Of a stretch of DNA of 64,000 nucleotides, positions 48,042 to 57,185 are shown in pieces. The stretch is from an uncultured Anaerolineales bacterium (lineage in GTDB: Bacteria > Planctomycetota > Phycisphaerae > FEN-1346). The stretch is from positions 16,001 to 80,000 of the forward strand of contig CAZIJC010000002.1 of NCBI GenBank assembly GCA_964539385.1, given 5' to 3'. Under the pieces are notes generated by a model, which was not told the DNA's origin, did not search any database, and saw nothing but the letters and a program-made list of their open reading frames with translations. The first letter of the stretch is position 1, and the number at the start of each line of letters is the position of its first letter. The translations under genes and the position numbers were made by a program.

Positions 48042-49295
48042 ATGAAACCCGTGTGGGTGATGCCGGTGGTTGGCGTGCTGGCTCTTGTTGCGGCGGGCTG
48101 TGGCCGCCGGGGCAGAGAACTCGGTTCGCTCACGCCGCAGGCCGCTGCGCCGAGTGAGTTCGACACGGGCGGCGGCGCGGCGAGCGAAGAGGTCAACCCC
48201 GTCCAATTGGCCCGGCCCGCGACCGGCAGGAAAAGGCCCGAATCGACGGAGCCCACGGGTAAACTGACCCGGCCGGACCGCGACGCCGAGTACGAGGCGC
48301 GCCTCGGTGAGGTGGCGCTGCCGCTTCCCAAGGAGCGCCTGCCCGTTCTGGTGGACACCGGCGAGAACGGCGGTTCGCCGGTCCTGGTCAACACGGTCCT
48401 GGCCGAGGTCAACGGCGAGGTCATCACGCGGGAGGACATCCTCGGTCCGATCCGTCCGCAGATGGCGAAGTGGCGGAAGGAGTACTCGCCCGCCGCCTTT
48501 GAGAGCCGCTGCCGCCAGGTCATCAACATGAAACTGCGGGAGGAGATCAGCCGGCGGCTCGTCGTCCAGGAGGCGAAGGCGGAACTGTCGGAGGAGGAGA
48601 AGAAGCAGATCGACACCACGCTGGGCCAGATCCTGAAGAACTTGGCTTCCCAGGCAGGCAGCGCGTTGCTGCTCGAAGAGAAACTCGAGCGCGAGGGATC
48701 CTCGCTCCGGGAGGAGCGCCGGCGGCGACGAGAGCAACTCATCGTGCAACGGTACTTGCGAAGCAAGATCTCGCCGACCGTCCACATCACGCACTCCGAA
48801 CTCTTGAATCGTTACCGCCGGGTCTGCCAGGAGCGGTACGTCCAACCGACGCGGGTGCGGTTGGGCCTGATTGCCATTCGCAAGAGCGAATCGCCCGACG
48901 TGGCCCAGGCCCGCGCGGTGGCGGATGCCGTTCACCAGCGGGCGTCGAGGGGAGAGGATTTCGCCCGCCTCGCCCGCCGCTACAGCCATGACCCGATGGC
49001 CTCGGGCGGCGGCGACTGGGGGTTCGTGGCGAAGGGATCGTTCCGCATCAAGACCGTCGATGAGGTCCTTTTTGCCCTGGAGGCGGGCCAGGTCGGGCGA
49101 CTCGTCGAGACCGACGAGGCGTTCTACCTCGTCAAGGCCCTGGCGCGACAGGAAGCGCGCACGGTTCCCTTCACGGAAGTTCAGGACGAGTTGGAGGACG
49201 AGATCCGCGACCGCAAGTACAACGAGACCGTCAACAAGTATATTCAGGACCTATACAAGCGGGGTTACGTCCGCGTCATGACGGAGAACATCTAG
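48042..49295 (+). CDS. SurA/PrsA-like parvulin peptidyl-prolyl isomerase, lipoprotein
   Basis: Lipobox VAAGC; LAEVNGEVITRED; GEDFARLARRYSHD...GGDWG; follows mfd. Confidence 0.88.
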   Translation: MKPVWVMPVVGVLALVAAGCGRRGRELGSLTPQAAAPSEFDTGGGAASEEVNPVQLARPATGRKRPESTEPTGKLTRPDRDAEYEARLGEVALPLPKERLPVLVDTGENGGSPVLVNTVLAEVNGEVITREDILGPIRPQMAKWRKEYSPAAFESRCRQVINMKLREEISRRLVVQEAKAELSEEEKKQIDTTLGQILKNLASQAGSALLLEEKLEREGSSLREERRRRREQLIVQRYLRSKISPTVHITHSELLNRYRRVCQERYVQPTRVRLGLIAIRKSESPDVAQARAVADAVHQRASRGEDFARLARRYSHDPMASGGGDWGFVAKGSFRIKTVDEVLFALEAGQVGRLVETDEAFYLVKALARQEARTVPFTEVQDELEDEIRDRKYNETVNKYIQDLYKRGYVRVMTENI

Positions 49296-49305
49296 GGGCC
49301 CTCTG

Positions 49306-49656
49306 ATGCCACAGGTCGTTTTCCTGCCGTACGATCTTCGCCTGGAAGTGCCGCGCGGAACCAGCCTGCTGGCGGCCGCCGACGAGGCCGCCGAGATGGT
49401 GGACGACGATTTCTTCGTCGGCGAACTGTGCGAAGGTCGGCACGAGTGCGGCAACTGCTGTGTCCAGATCGTTGAGGGGGCCGACGCCCTCTCGCCCGTG
49501 ACGGAGTCCGAACGGAAGTTGCTCACCGAACTCGGCCGCGGACCCGACACGCGAACCGCCTGCACCGCCCGCGTCTGTGGCGACGTGACGGTCCGCATCC
49601 CGAACCCGGTCAAACACGGCGAGCGGGGCAGGGCTCAGATGCAGGCCCATCCGTAG
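49306..49656 (+). CDS. 2Fe-2S ferredoxin
   Basis: CEGRHECGNC...RTAC cysteine pattern. Confidence 0.85.
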   Translation: MPQVVFLPYDLRLEVPRGTSLLAAADEAAEMVDDDFFVGELCEGRHECGNCCVQIVEGADALSPVTESERKLLTELGRGPDTRTACTARVCGDVTVRIPNPVKHGERGRAQMQAHP

Positions 49657-49747
49657 CGGGCCGCTCGTCTTATGCCTAACGTGTGATACGGCCCGCGAGG
49701 GCGGGCCGTTGTCTTAGCGCCGGGCGCGCACCCCAAAGGGCACCGCC

Positions 49748-50704
49748 TTGCCGAGCAGCGCAACAGGGCATACTTTCCAACACGTCGCGGTCATCGGCCC
49801 CGGCGCCACCGGTCTGGTCCTGGCCGTGCGCATCGCTCACATTGCCGGGGGGCCGAGCGTCACGCTAATCGACCACGATGCCGAGCGTGCGCGGCGGCTG
49901 AGCGCCAAGCCCATCCGCCTGTCGTCACCGTCGGAGGACCTGGAGGCCAAGATCCCGGTTCGCCTGACGCCCGGCGCCCCGGCGGACCTCGTGATCCTCG
50001 CGACCAAAGCGCACCAGGCTCGTGGCGCGGCCGAGGGGGCGGCCGGCTGGATCGGCGACGCGCCGCTTCTGACCATTCAGAACGGCCTGGGTGTGGCGGC
50101 CGAAGTGGCCCAGGCGCTGCCGCACGCCACCGTCATCGCCGGCGTCACGTACCAGGCGGCCAACCTCACCGGCGAAGGCGAAGTCCAACACGTTGCCTGC
50201 GGCGAGACGTACCTGGGGTACGAGGGTTGCGGCCCGGATACGAGGGTCCGGAAGGCGGTCGATCTGCTGAATGAGGCCGGCCTGCCCGCCACGGCCGAGG
50301 CCGACATGACGCCGGTCGTCTGGGGCAAGTTGCTCGTCAATGCGGCCATCAATCCGGTGGCGGCGCTGGCGGCGGTGCGAAACGGCGAGGTGGCTGCCAG
50401 GCCGGCGCTTCGGGCAATGGCCGAGGCGGTTGCCGAAGAAGGGCAGGCGACCGCAAACGCCGCCGGCGTGGCGCTGCCGTATGAGAGTGCGGCCAAGGCG
50501 GCGATCAACACGGCCCGAGAGACGGCCGAGAACCGATGCTCGATGCTTCAGGACCTGGAAGTCGGCCGGCCGACCGAAATCGACTATCTGAACGGTGCGA
50601 TCGTCCGCGTGGCCGAACAGCACGACATTCCGGTTCCGGCGAACCGCACCGTGACCGCGCTCGTGCGGCAGGTGTCGGCGGCGCCACAGGAGAGAACCTT
50701 GTAG
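49748..50704 (+). CDS. panE: 2-dehydropantoate 2-reductase
   Basis: VIGPGATG, TIQNGLG, WGKLLVNAAINP, SMLQD...TEIDYLNG. Confidence 0.92.
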   Translation: MPSSATGHTFQHVAVIGPGATGLVLAVRIAHIAGGPSVTLIDHDAERARRLSAKPIRLSSPSEDLEAKIPVRLTPGAPADLVILATKAHQARGAAEGAAGWIGDAPLLTIQNGLGVAAEVAQALPHATVIAGVTYQAANLTGEGEVQHVACGETYLGYEGCGPDTRVRKAVDLLNEAGLPATAEADMTPVVWGKLLVNAAINPVAALAAVRNGEVAARPALRAMAEAVAEEGQATANAAGVALPYESAAKAAINTARETAENRCSMLQDLEVGRPTEIDYLNGAIVRVAEQHDIPVPANRTVTALVRQVSAAPQERTL

Positions 50705-50763
50705 AAGGCGAGCGCATGGCCGAGGCGAATGGTGGCGGGTGTGGGCGGCAGGGAGCGGCTGAT

Positions 50764-51483
50764 ATGGGGAAAGACTCGCGGTGGTGTTGGACTGTCCCCT
50801 TCCTGATCCTGCTTGTCATGCTCGGGGCCGGCGAGGTGATCCGCACGCTGGTAGCGGAAGAGACGGCCCGCCGGATTCAGGCGGAAGACCGGCTGGTCGA
50901 GATCGCCCAGGCGGTGTTACTGGGCGGCGCCGCCGTGTTGTGCCTGGTGGCGATGGTGCGCCGCCGCGCCGGCTACTGGTGGTGGGTCGGCCCTGCCTTC
51001 ATCTGCTTGTTCATGTGTTGGCGGGAAGTGGAAGTGGACGACCGCTATCTGGGTAACCATGCGTTCTCGTGGAAGTACCTGTTCGAAGCGGCGACGCCTC
51101 TTCCAGAGCGCCTGCTGCTGGGGATTCCAAGCGTGGGGCTGGCCCTCCTGGTCCTTGCGATATGCCTGGTGAACGTGCGGCCGCTGCTGAGGACATTGAG
51201 GCGGCGTGATCTGCGTGTGGGGCTGTTGCTGTTTGCGGCGGGGCTTGGCCTTTACCTTCTTGCCCAGGTGTACGATCGGGCGTGGGGGTGGGTGAAGGCC
51301 TACAGTTTCTACCTGCCTGGCTTCGGCTGCCATCGCGACGACTTCTGGGAAGAGTGGCTTGAGTTGATGGGGGCGGCAGCGATCCTGATGGGCGTGCTCG
51401 ACTACTTCCGGCGTCGCAAAGCCATCGCCGCCGCGCCGCCGACGGACACCCCTGCCGCCGCTGAGGAGACACCGTCACCATGA
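50764..51483 (+). CDS. Multi-pass membrane protein of unknown function
   Basis: About 6 hydrophobic helices; paralog of the next gene; start could be 50716. Confidence 0.72.
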   Translation: MGKDSRWCWTVPFLILLVMLGAGEVIRTLVAEETARRIQAEDRLVEIAQAVLLGGAAVLCLVAMVRRRAGYWWWVGPAFICLFMCWREVEVDDRYLGNHAFSWKYLFEAATPLPERLLLGIPSVGLALLVLAICLVNVRPLLRTLRRRDLRVGLLLFAAGLGLYLLAQVYDRAWGWVKAYSFYLPGFGCHRDDFWEEWLELMGAAAILMGVLDYFRRRKAIAAAPPTDTPAAAEETPSP

Positions 51484-52202
51484 CACCCTCAGGAGGGTCA
51501 TCTCGGCTCCGGGCGCGTGTGCTCCTGCTTTTCGTCGTCCTGCTGGCGGCGCTCGTCGTCGCTCTGGCTGTCGTTCCTGCTGTTGACCGCCAGTGCGCGA
51601 AGCGCCTCGCCAGGGCGTACACCCCTCTTCACGAACCGCAGGAGACGGCGATGGACTGGTTCCAGGAGCCGCCCTACGCGGTTGCGTTGCTGGTGTGCGT
51701 CGTCATGGCGGCGCGTTTGCGGCGGCGGGCGGGGCGGCTGCCTTATTGGGTCGTTCTGGCGGCGGTGGCGGCATGGCTGCTGTGGCGCGAGTTGCCGTGG
51801 GATGAGCGAGTGCTCGGCGCCAATACCTTCAGTTGGGCCAAGTATCTCGGCAGTCCCGACGTTCCCCTGTGGGCGCAAGTGGTGTTCGGCGGCGGGTCGA
51901 TGCTGGCGGCGGCGCTGGTGGTGGGATACGTCCTGTGGAACGGCCGCACGCTTGGCCGGATCGTTCGCGAGAAGGTCGTCTCGTTCAGCACCCTGTTCAT
52001 CGCGTTGGCAGGCCTGATGCTGGTCGGCGCTCAGATGCTGGATAAGCACCGCTCGACGGATGGCCTGCTCGGCACGAACCTTTCGGCGTGGGACCTGAAG
52101 GACTACCTCGAGGAGTCGCTGGAAGTCGCGGGGCCGGTGCTGCTGGCGATGGCCTGCATCCTGGCGGTGCTGGAAGAGCCGCCGGCCGACCCGGCATCAT
52201 AG
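51480..52202 (+). CDS. Multi-pass membrane protein of unknown function
   Basis: ATGA overlap; shares WRE..D..LG..FSW.KYL and EE.LE..G motifs with the upstream gene. Confidence 0.75.
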   Translation: MTPSGGSSRLRARVLLLFVVLLAALVVALAVVPAVDRQCAKRLARAYTPLHEPQETAMDWFQEPPYAVALLVCVVMAARLRRRAGRLPYWVVLAAVAAWLLWRELPWDERVLGANTFSWAKYLGSPDVPLWAQVVFGGGSMLAAALVVGYVLWNGRTLGRIVREKVVSFSTLFIALAGLMLVGAQMLDKHRSTDGLLGTNLSAWDLKDYLEESLEVAGPVLLAMACILAVLEEPPADPAS

Positions 52203-53033
52203 GGTGGGCGCCGGTTCGTCACGACGGGGCTTGTCGGGGCGAGGGCCTTCTTTGTAGTGCTTGCCGCGCTTGGGTGGTCCCTTGGGTGGTCCTTTAGGCG
52301 GTCCGCGGAATGGCGGTTCCGGTTTGCCCTCGAGTGCTTCTTTAAGCCGCTTCTCGACGATCTCGCGTCGGTGCTCCGCGCGCTCCTTCAGTTCGCGTCG
52401 CAGTTGCTCGATGCGTTCTTCGAGTCCGCGGATGTGGGCCTCGTGAGTGGCGAGTTCGAGTTCGAACATCCGGTCGATAACCTTTCGCAGTTCCTTGGTG
52501 AATGCTTCCTTCTCTTGGGGGTCTTCGGCGGTGCGCACTTTGGCGGCCAGATCCACGGCGCGCCTTCTCAACTGCCGTTCCTCGATCGCCTTGCGGAAGG
52601 CCGCCTCGTCGCGCTCTTTCAGGTGCTGCAACTGAGTGATCTCGAACCGCAACCGCCGGCAGAACTGGCGGAACCGTTCGGGTTCCGACCGGCGCATTGT
52701 CTCCAGGGCCTCGCGCCGCCAGGGCATGTGCTTGTCGATGAAAGCGAGGATGGCCTCGATCTGCTCGTCCGTGACGTCGCGGAAGACCGACGGACTGCGG
52801 CCGAAGGGGCGGCGCTCCCCGTGCCGGGGGTGCTCGCCGCTGGGCGGACGAAGGGAGCGGGGACCGTATTGACGGTGCGGCGGAGGCGGCGACCCCGGCT
52901 GCCTGTCTGTTGCGGCCGGGCCACGGCGAGGCTCGTCCGGCGCCGGCTCCGGCCCTTGTTCTTCGGCCATGGCGAGGCTCGAGGTCGCCACGAGCGCCAC
53001 CGCAAGGGCCAGAACCATGAGGCCGTATCGCAT
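52197..53033 (-). CDS. Secreted coiled-coil protein co-located with the ECF/anti-sigma pair
   Basis: Signal peptide ending AMA; charged helical core; GPPK x3; AGGAGG RBS. Confidence 0.78.
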   Translation of the reverse strand: MRYGLMVLALAVALVATSSLAMAEEQGPEPAPDEPRRGPAATDRQPGSPPPPHRQYGPRSLRPPSGEHPRHGERRPFGRSPSVFRDVTDEQIEAILAFIDKHMPWRREALETMRRSEPERFRQFCRRLRFEITQLQHLKERDEAAFRKAIEERQLRRRAVDLAAKVRTAEDPQEKEAFTKELRKVIDRMFELELATHEAHIRGLEERIEQLRRELKERAEHRREIVEKRLKEALEGKPEPPFRGPPKGPPKGPPKRGKHYKEGPRPDKPRRDEPAPTL

Positions 53034-53136
53034 GGCTTCCTCCTGTCACGTGACAGCACGCCGGACCCATCCGGCTCCGTACTGGAATCCGTACCGGGCC
53101 AAGCCCGGCGGCTGACGGTTAGCAGCGCAACGCGCG

Positions 53137-53706
53137 TCAGCCCGGAACGCCGACCTCCCCACCCAGACTATCCGAGGGCCGGCGGCTCTCCCCGTTGATC
53201 GATTCCGGCACGGCGCCGTTAGAGCCGTTGCCGCCCTCCCATAGCGTAGCCAGCGTGCCAAGTTCGAGCATTTCGATCTCTGTCGAGATCTCTGCGATCT
53301 CTTCCTCGAACCGGGTCTCGTCCATCCATGCGGCCTGTGTCCCACCGGCCACAGGCGGCGGCCGGTCGGTCGATGGCACGAGGGCATAGGCGAGCGCCAC
53401 GGCGATGATGACGGCCGCCGCGGCCGCCCAGCGGTAAGGATAGATCCGCGCCAGGACGCCCGGCGGCGCGGCCTTGCGCGCCGCGGCGACCGACAGGCGC
53501 TTCCGGAGCATTTCGAGCGCCTGCGGTCTGACGGGCGGCTGCCGGTCGAGGGTATCGAGCGCCGCCAGGCCGCGCACGATGGCCTGCACCTGGCGGCGGC
53601 AGGCCTGGCAGCCTTCCAGATGGCTCGCGAGGGCGCGGCGGCGGCGGAGCGGCACCTCGCCCGTCGCATACAGCACCCATTCCGTGTTGTCAGGGCAGCG
53701 GTTCAT
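53137..53706 (-). CDS. Zinc-binding (zf-HC2/ZAS) anti-sigma factor
   Basis: HLEGCQAC (HxxxCxxC) followed by a TM helix; overlaps the sigma gene. Confidence 0.88.
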   Translation of the reverse strand: MNRCPDNTEWVLYATGEVPLRRRRALASHLEGCQACRRQVQAIVRGLAALDTLDRQPPVRPQALEMLRKRLSVAAARKAAPPGVLARIYPYRWAAAAAVIIAVALAYALVPSTDRPPPVAGGTQAAWMDETRFEEEIAEISTEIEMLELGTLATLWEGGNGSNGAVPESINGESRRPSDSLGGEVGVPG

Positions 53707-54238
53707 GGCTTTCCCCCGGGATCATGTCCCCCAACTTCTTCAGCGCGCGATGGGCCCGGGCCAGGACCGTTCCGAGCGGCTCACCGGTGGCCCGGGCAAT
53801 GGCCTTGAACGTCAGGTCGCCGTAGTACCGCATGAGCAGAACCTCCCGGTCGGCGTTCGGCAGTCGCGCCAGAGCCTGTTCGACCCATCGGGCCCGTTCG
53901 CGCCTCAGCGCGTCGGCGTCGGGCGGCAAGTCGGCAGCCGGTGTCAGTGGCGGCGAGGTCTCGCCGCCGTCGTCGCCGAAGGCAAATGCCCGTTCGCGCG
54001 GTCGCCGGCGGACCCAGTCGCGTGCCAAGTTGACCGCAATGCGAAAGATCCACGCCCGGAATTTGCCTTCCGGACGGTACGTTCCCATACTTCGGAAGGC
54101 ACGCAGGAGCGTTTCCTGCATCAGGTCTTCGGCCACGTCGGGCCGGCCGACCATGCGAAGCAGGAGGCCGTAAACGCGCGGCGCGAATGACACGAGCAGG
54201 CGCTCGACATCCGGAGAGTCGCCTGTGCGTTCGGTCAT
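53690..54238 (-). CDS. ECF RNA polymerase sigma factor
   Basis: AEDLMQETLLRAF, FRAWIFRIAVN, region 4 DLTFKAIA...GTV. Confidence 0.93.
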   Translation of the reverse strand: MTERTGDSPDVERLLVSFAPRVYGLLLRMVGRPDVAEDLMQETLLRAFRSMGTYRPEGKFRAWIFRIAVNLARDWVRRRPRERAFAFGDDGGETSPPLTPAADLPPDADALRRERARWVEQALARLPNADREVLLMRYYGDLTFKAIARATGEPLGTVLARAHRALKKLGDMIPGESHEPLP

Positions 54239-54254
54239 GCCTTCCGCCTGTCTA

Positions 54255-54279
54255 AACGGCCTTCGGGTGCGGTTATTGC
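54255..54279 (-). promoter_or_regulatory. Putative autoregulatory ECF promoter
   Basis: GCAATAA-N12-GCCGTT(TA) just upstream of the sigma start codon. Confidence 0.6.
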
Positions 54280-54341
54280 GGCCGATTGCGGCGCCCGCCT
54301 GCTCGCCGCGCGCCCGCCGGGGAGCGGAACGCACCTGCCGA

Positions 54342-54371
54342 TTGACACGGACTCGGCCTGCGGGCTATCAT
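54342..54371 (+). promoter_or_regulatory. Sigma70 promoter, probably giving a leaderless ruvX mRNA
   Basis: TTGACA-N18-TATCAT, with the ATG 6 nt downstream. Confidence 0.7.
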
Positions 54372-54377
54372 CCCGCC

Positions 54378-54794
54378 ATGCGGATTCTGGCCCTGGACCT
54401 CGGTCGGCGGCGCGTCGGCGTTGCCGTCAGTGACCCGAATGGTACCATCGCGCACCCCCTTCTGCAATTCGAGTTCAAGGGGCGGCGCGACCTCGTGGCC
54501 ACCGTCAGGCGCCTCGTGGCCGAACAGGAGGCCGGGCGGGTCGTTGTCGGGATGCCGGTTCTGGTGGACGGGCGGAAAGGCGAGCAGGCCCGGTGGACGG
54601 GGGAAGTCGTGTCGGCCCTGGCCGAGGCCCTCGATGTGCCCGTGGCCACCTGGGACGAGCGGTTCACCACCCAGGAGGCGGAGGCGGCGATGCGGGAGGC
54701 CGGCCTTCAGGCCAGGAAACGAAAGACCCGCCGCGACAAGGTGGCCGCAGCCCTCATCCTTCAATCCTACCTTGATGCGGGGTCTCCTGCCTAG
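54378..54794 (+). CDS. ruvX: RuvX/YqgF (pre-16S rRNA nuclease / resolvase-like)
   Basis: MRILALDLGRRRVGVAVSD, VVVGMP, WDERFTT, DKVAAALILQSYLD. Confidence 0.95.
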   Translation: MRILALDLGRRRVGVAVSDPNGTIAHPLLQFEFKGRRDLVATVRRLVAEQEAGRVVVGMPVLVDGRKGEQARWTGEVVSALAEALDVPVATWDERFTTQEAEAAMREAGLQARKRKTRRDKVAAALILQSYLDAGSPA

Positions 54795-56377
54795 CCGCGC
54801 GCTGCCAGGGCCTCGCTATCGAGGCGGATTTCCTTGCCGTGCCTGTCGAAGCAGCGGCACACGAGTTGGTCCATGCCGGCCTGGTGGTCGTTGACCAGGC
54901 GGATGCGCTGCTGGTTGTTGCTCTCTATTCTCGCCAGCGCGGCGCGCCTCGTGTTGCTGATGTACTCGACCACGTTCGGATGGAGGCGGATCTCGATCTG
55001 GGCGATCTGGTCGCGGCCGGTCAGCAGTTTCAGGCGCCGCATGACCTCCAGGGCCATCGACTCGGCGTTCTTGATGATGCCGGACCCCTTGCAGTAGGGG
55101 CAGTCCATGTAGGTCGTGCGTTCGAGGCTGGGCTGGACCCTCTGACGGGTCATCTCGACGATCCCGAACTTGGAGATGTGAGACATCTGAGAGCGTGCCC
55201 GGTCGGTCTTGAAGGCGTCGCGCAGGGCCTTTTCGACGTGCCGGCGGTTTGGGGCCTTTTCCATGTCCACGAAATCGAGGATGAGCAGGCCGCCGAGGTC
55301 GCGGAGCCGGATCTGGCGGACAATCTCTTTGGCGGCCATCAGGTTGAGTTGATGAGCCGATTCCTCGGCGTCGCGTCCGTGGCGGAACCTGCCGGAGTTC
55401 ACGTCGATGGCCGCCAGGGCCTCCGTCTGGTCGATGACCAGGCTCCCGCCTTTCGGCAGGGGAACCGTGCGGCTACAGGCGCCTTCGATGGCTTCCTCGA
55501 TCCGGTACTTGTGGAAGAGGGGGACCTTGCCGTCGTAGAGTTTTGCTCGCCGCTGGTAGCGGGGCATGATGATCTTCATAAAGTCGCGAACGCGGCGCAG
55601 GGCGGGCTCGGAATCGACCCAGATGGTTGTGATCTCGGGCGTGTAGATGTCGCGAAGCGTGCGCAAGACCAGATCCGATTCGCGAAAGATCTCGGCCGGG
55701 GCCTTCTCGGACTTGGCCCGCGTCTTGACGACCTTCCAGAGGCGGACGAGGTAGTTGAGGTCTCTCTGGATGTCGCGCTTGCTTCGCCCGAGGCCGGCCG
55801 TCCGCACGATGAACCCCATATCGGGGGGGGGCTTAAGGCCGGCGAGCAGTTCCCGCAGTTGCTTGCGGATGGCCTCTTCCTCGATCTTTCGCGACACGCC
55901 CAGGCGCCCCAGGTGCGGCATCAGGACGAGGTACCGGCCGGGGATCGAGAGGGCGGTTGTCAGGGACGGCCCCTTGGTGCCGATGCCCTCTTTGGTGATC
56001 TGGACGACGACGTCGTCGCCGGGCCGGAAGATCTCCTGGATGGTTCTGCGGCGGCGGTGGTCCCTGCCTCTTCTCTTTTCCTTTTCCTTGCCCTTTTCCT
56101 TGCCCTTGCCTTTTGCGTCGCCGCCTCGCAGGCGCCGCGGATAGGCCCTGGAAATGACGTCGCTGACGTGGAGGAATCCGTTCTTGGGCATCCCGATTTC
56201 GACGAAGGCGGCCTGGATGGAGGGCTCGATGTTGTTGACGCGGCCCTTGTAGATGTTGCTGACGTGCCGCTCGACGCTGGCGCGTTCCATGTAGAGTTCT
56301 TCCAGGATGCCTTCGCGAACGATGGCGATTCGGCACTCCTGGCCTTCAGCGACGTTGATCAACATTTCTGTACTCAT
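54791..56377 (-). CDS. rng: Ribonuclease E/G family (Rne/Rng)
   Basis: NIYKGRV, QAAFV, QITKEGIGTKGP, TEALAAIDVNSG, LRDLGGL, CPYCKGSG. Confidence 0.93.
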   Translation of the reverse strand: MSTEMLINVAEGQECRIAIVREGILEELYMERASVERHVSNIYKGRVNNIEPSIQAAFVEIGMPKNGFLHVSDVISRAYPRRLRGGDAKGKGKEKGKEKEKRRGRDHRRRRTIQEIFRPGDDVVVQITKEGIGTKGPSLTTALSIPGRYLVLMPHLGRLGVSRKIEEEAIRKQLRELLAGLKPPPDMGFIVRTAGLGRSKRDIQRDLNYLVRLWKVVKTRAKSEKAPAEIFRESDLVLRTLRDIYTPEITTIWVDSEPALRRVRDFMKIIMPRYQRRAKLYDGKVPLFHKYRIEEAIEGACSRTVPLPKGGSLVIDQTEALAAIDVNSGRFRHGRDAEESAHQLNLMAAKEIVRQIRLRDLGGLLILDFVDMEKAPNRRHVEKALRDAFKTDRARSQMSHISKFGIVEMTRQRVQPSLERTTYMDCPYCKGSGIIKNAESMALEVMRRLKLLTGRDQIAQIEIRLHPNVVEYISNTRRAALARIESNNQQRIRLVNDHQAGMDQLVCRCFDRHGKEIRLDSEALAARG

Positions 56378-56440
56378 GCGGACGGTATCCTTTCGAGTTG
56401 TCGGTTTCGTGGAGGGGCATCGGTCCCGGGAGGGCGGCGC

Positions 56441-57070
56441 TTACGCGAGCCGGATCTCGGTCCGATGCACGTCGGCCCGCGCAACCGCCTCGTCGCCGAG
56501 GCCGAGCAGCCGAAGGACCTCGTCGGCCCGGACCGTGCCTTTGGGGCCGGTTGCCAGGACCATCCGGACGCCTCGGTCACCGGCGGGCTCGATCCGCTCC
56601 AGGTAAGGGCGGGCATCGAGGTGCTTGTCACCCCTTGGCCGGCGGCGCACGACCGGCGCCTCGGACAGCGCGAGCAATCGGGCGATCCGCTCTTCGAGGT
56701 CAACGCACGGCGCCTCCAGGTGCGCGACATAGACAACGGCCACAGGACGGGCCTTGTCGGTGGGGCGCAGGAGATCGAGCGAATCGATCCGGACATCGTC
56801 GGGAACCTGGCGGCGAAGATCGCCGAGGACAGCCTCAGGATTGACCCAGTCGGCCAGTTCGAATTCAAGGATCTCGGCCTCTGAGGCAATACCGACGCTG
56901 CGCGGTTCCACAAGCGACATCTTCGGCCGCGGGTTAAACCCCTGGCTCATTCGAAGAGGCAACCCCGCACGCCGAAGCACCCGCTCCCACAGACGCATCA
57001 TGTCGTGATGGCTGAGGTACCGCTTGTCTCCCTCCACACGAAACCAAAGACGCAAGCGTTGACGGAACAA
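56441..57070 (-). CDS. DUF2344 radical-SAM-associated protein
   Basis: RYLSHHDMMR..ERVLRRAGLP..SQGFNPRP; usual neighbour of rng. Confidence 0.88.
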   Translation of the reverse strand: MFRQRLRLWFRVEGDKRYLSHHDMMRLWERVLRRAGLPLRMSQGFNPRPKMSLVEPRSVGIASEAEILEFELADWVNPEAVLGDLRRQVPDDVRIDSLDLLRPTDKARPVAVVYVAHLEAPCVDLEERIARLLALSEAPVVRRRPRGDKHLDARPYLERIEPAGDRGVRMVLATGPKGTVRADEVLRLLGLGDEAVARADVHRTEIRLA

Positions 57071-57185
57071 ACGTCCCCCACCTGCTTCAATACCCCTCGT
57101 ATTGCTGCCGCGCCCGGCGCGGCCAGGTTCGCTTTCAGGACCCTGATTGTAAATCGAACGTCCGAGGGATGCAATCCAAGACTTT

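Noticed and set aside
52269-52304. 3 x 12-bp repeat (GPPK) and the Lys-rich insert in RNase G near 56070-56115
   Set aside because: Short in-frame low-complexity linkers with no further signal.
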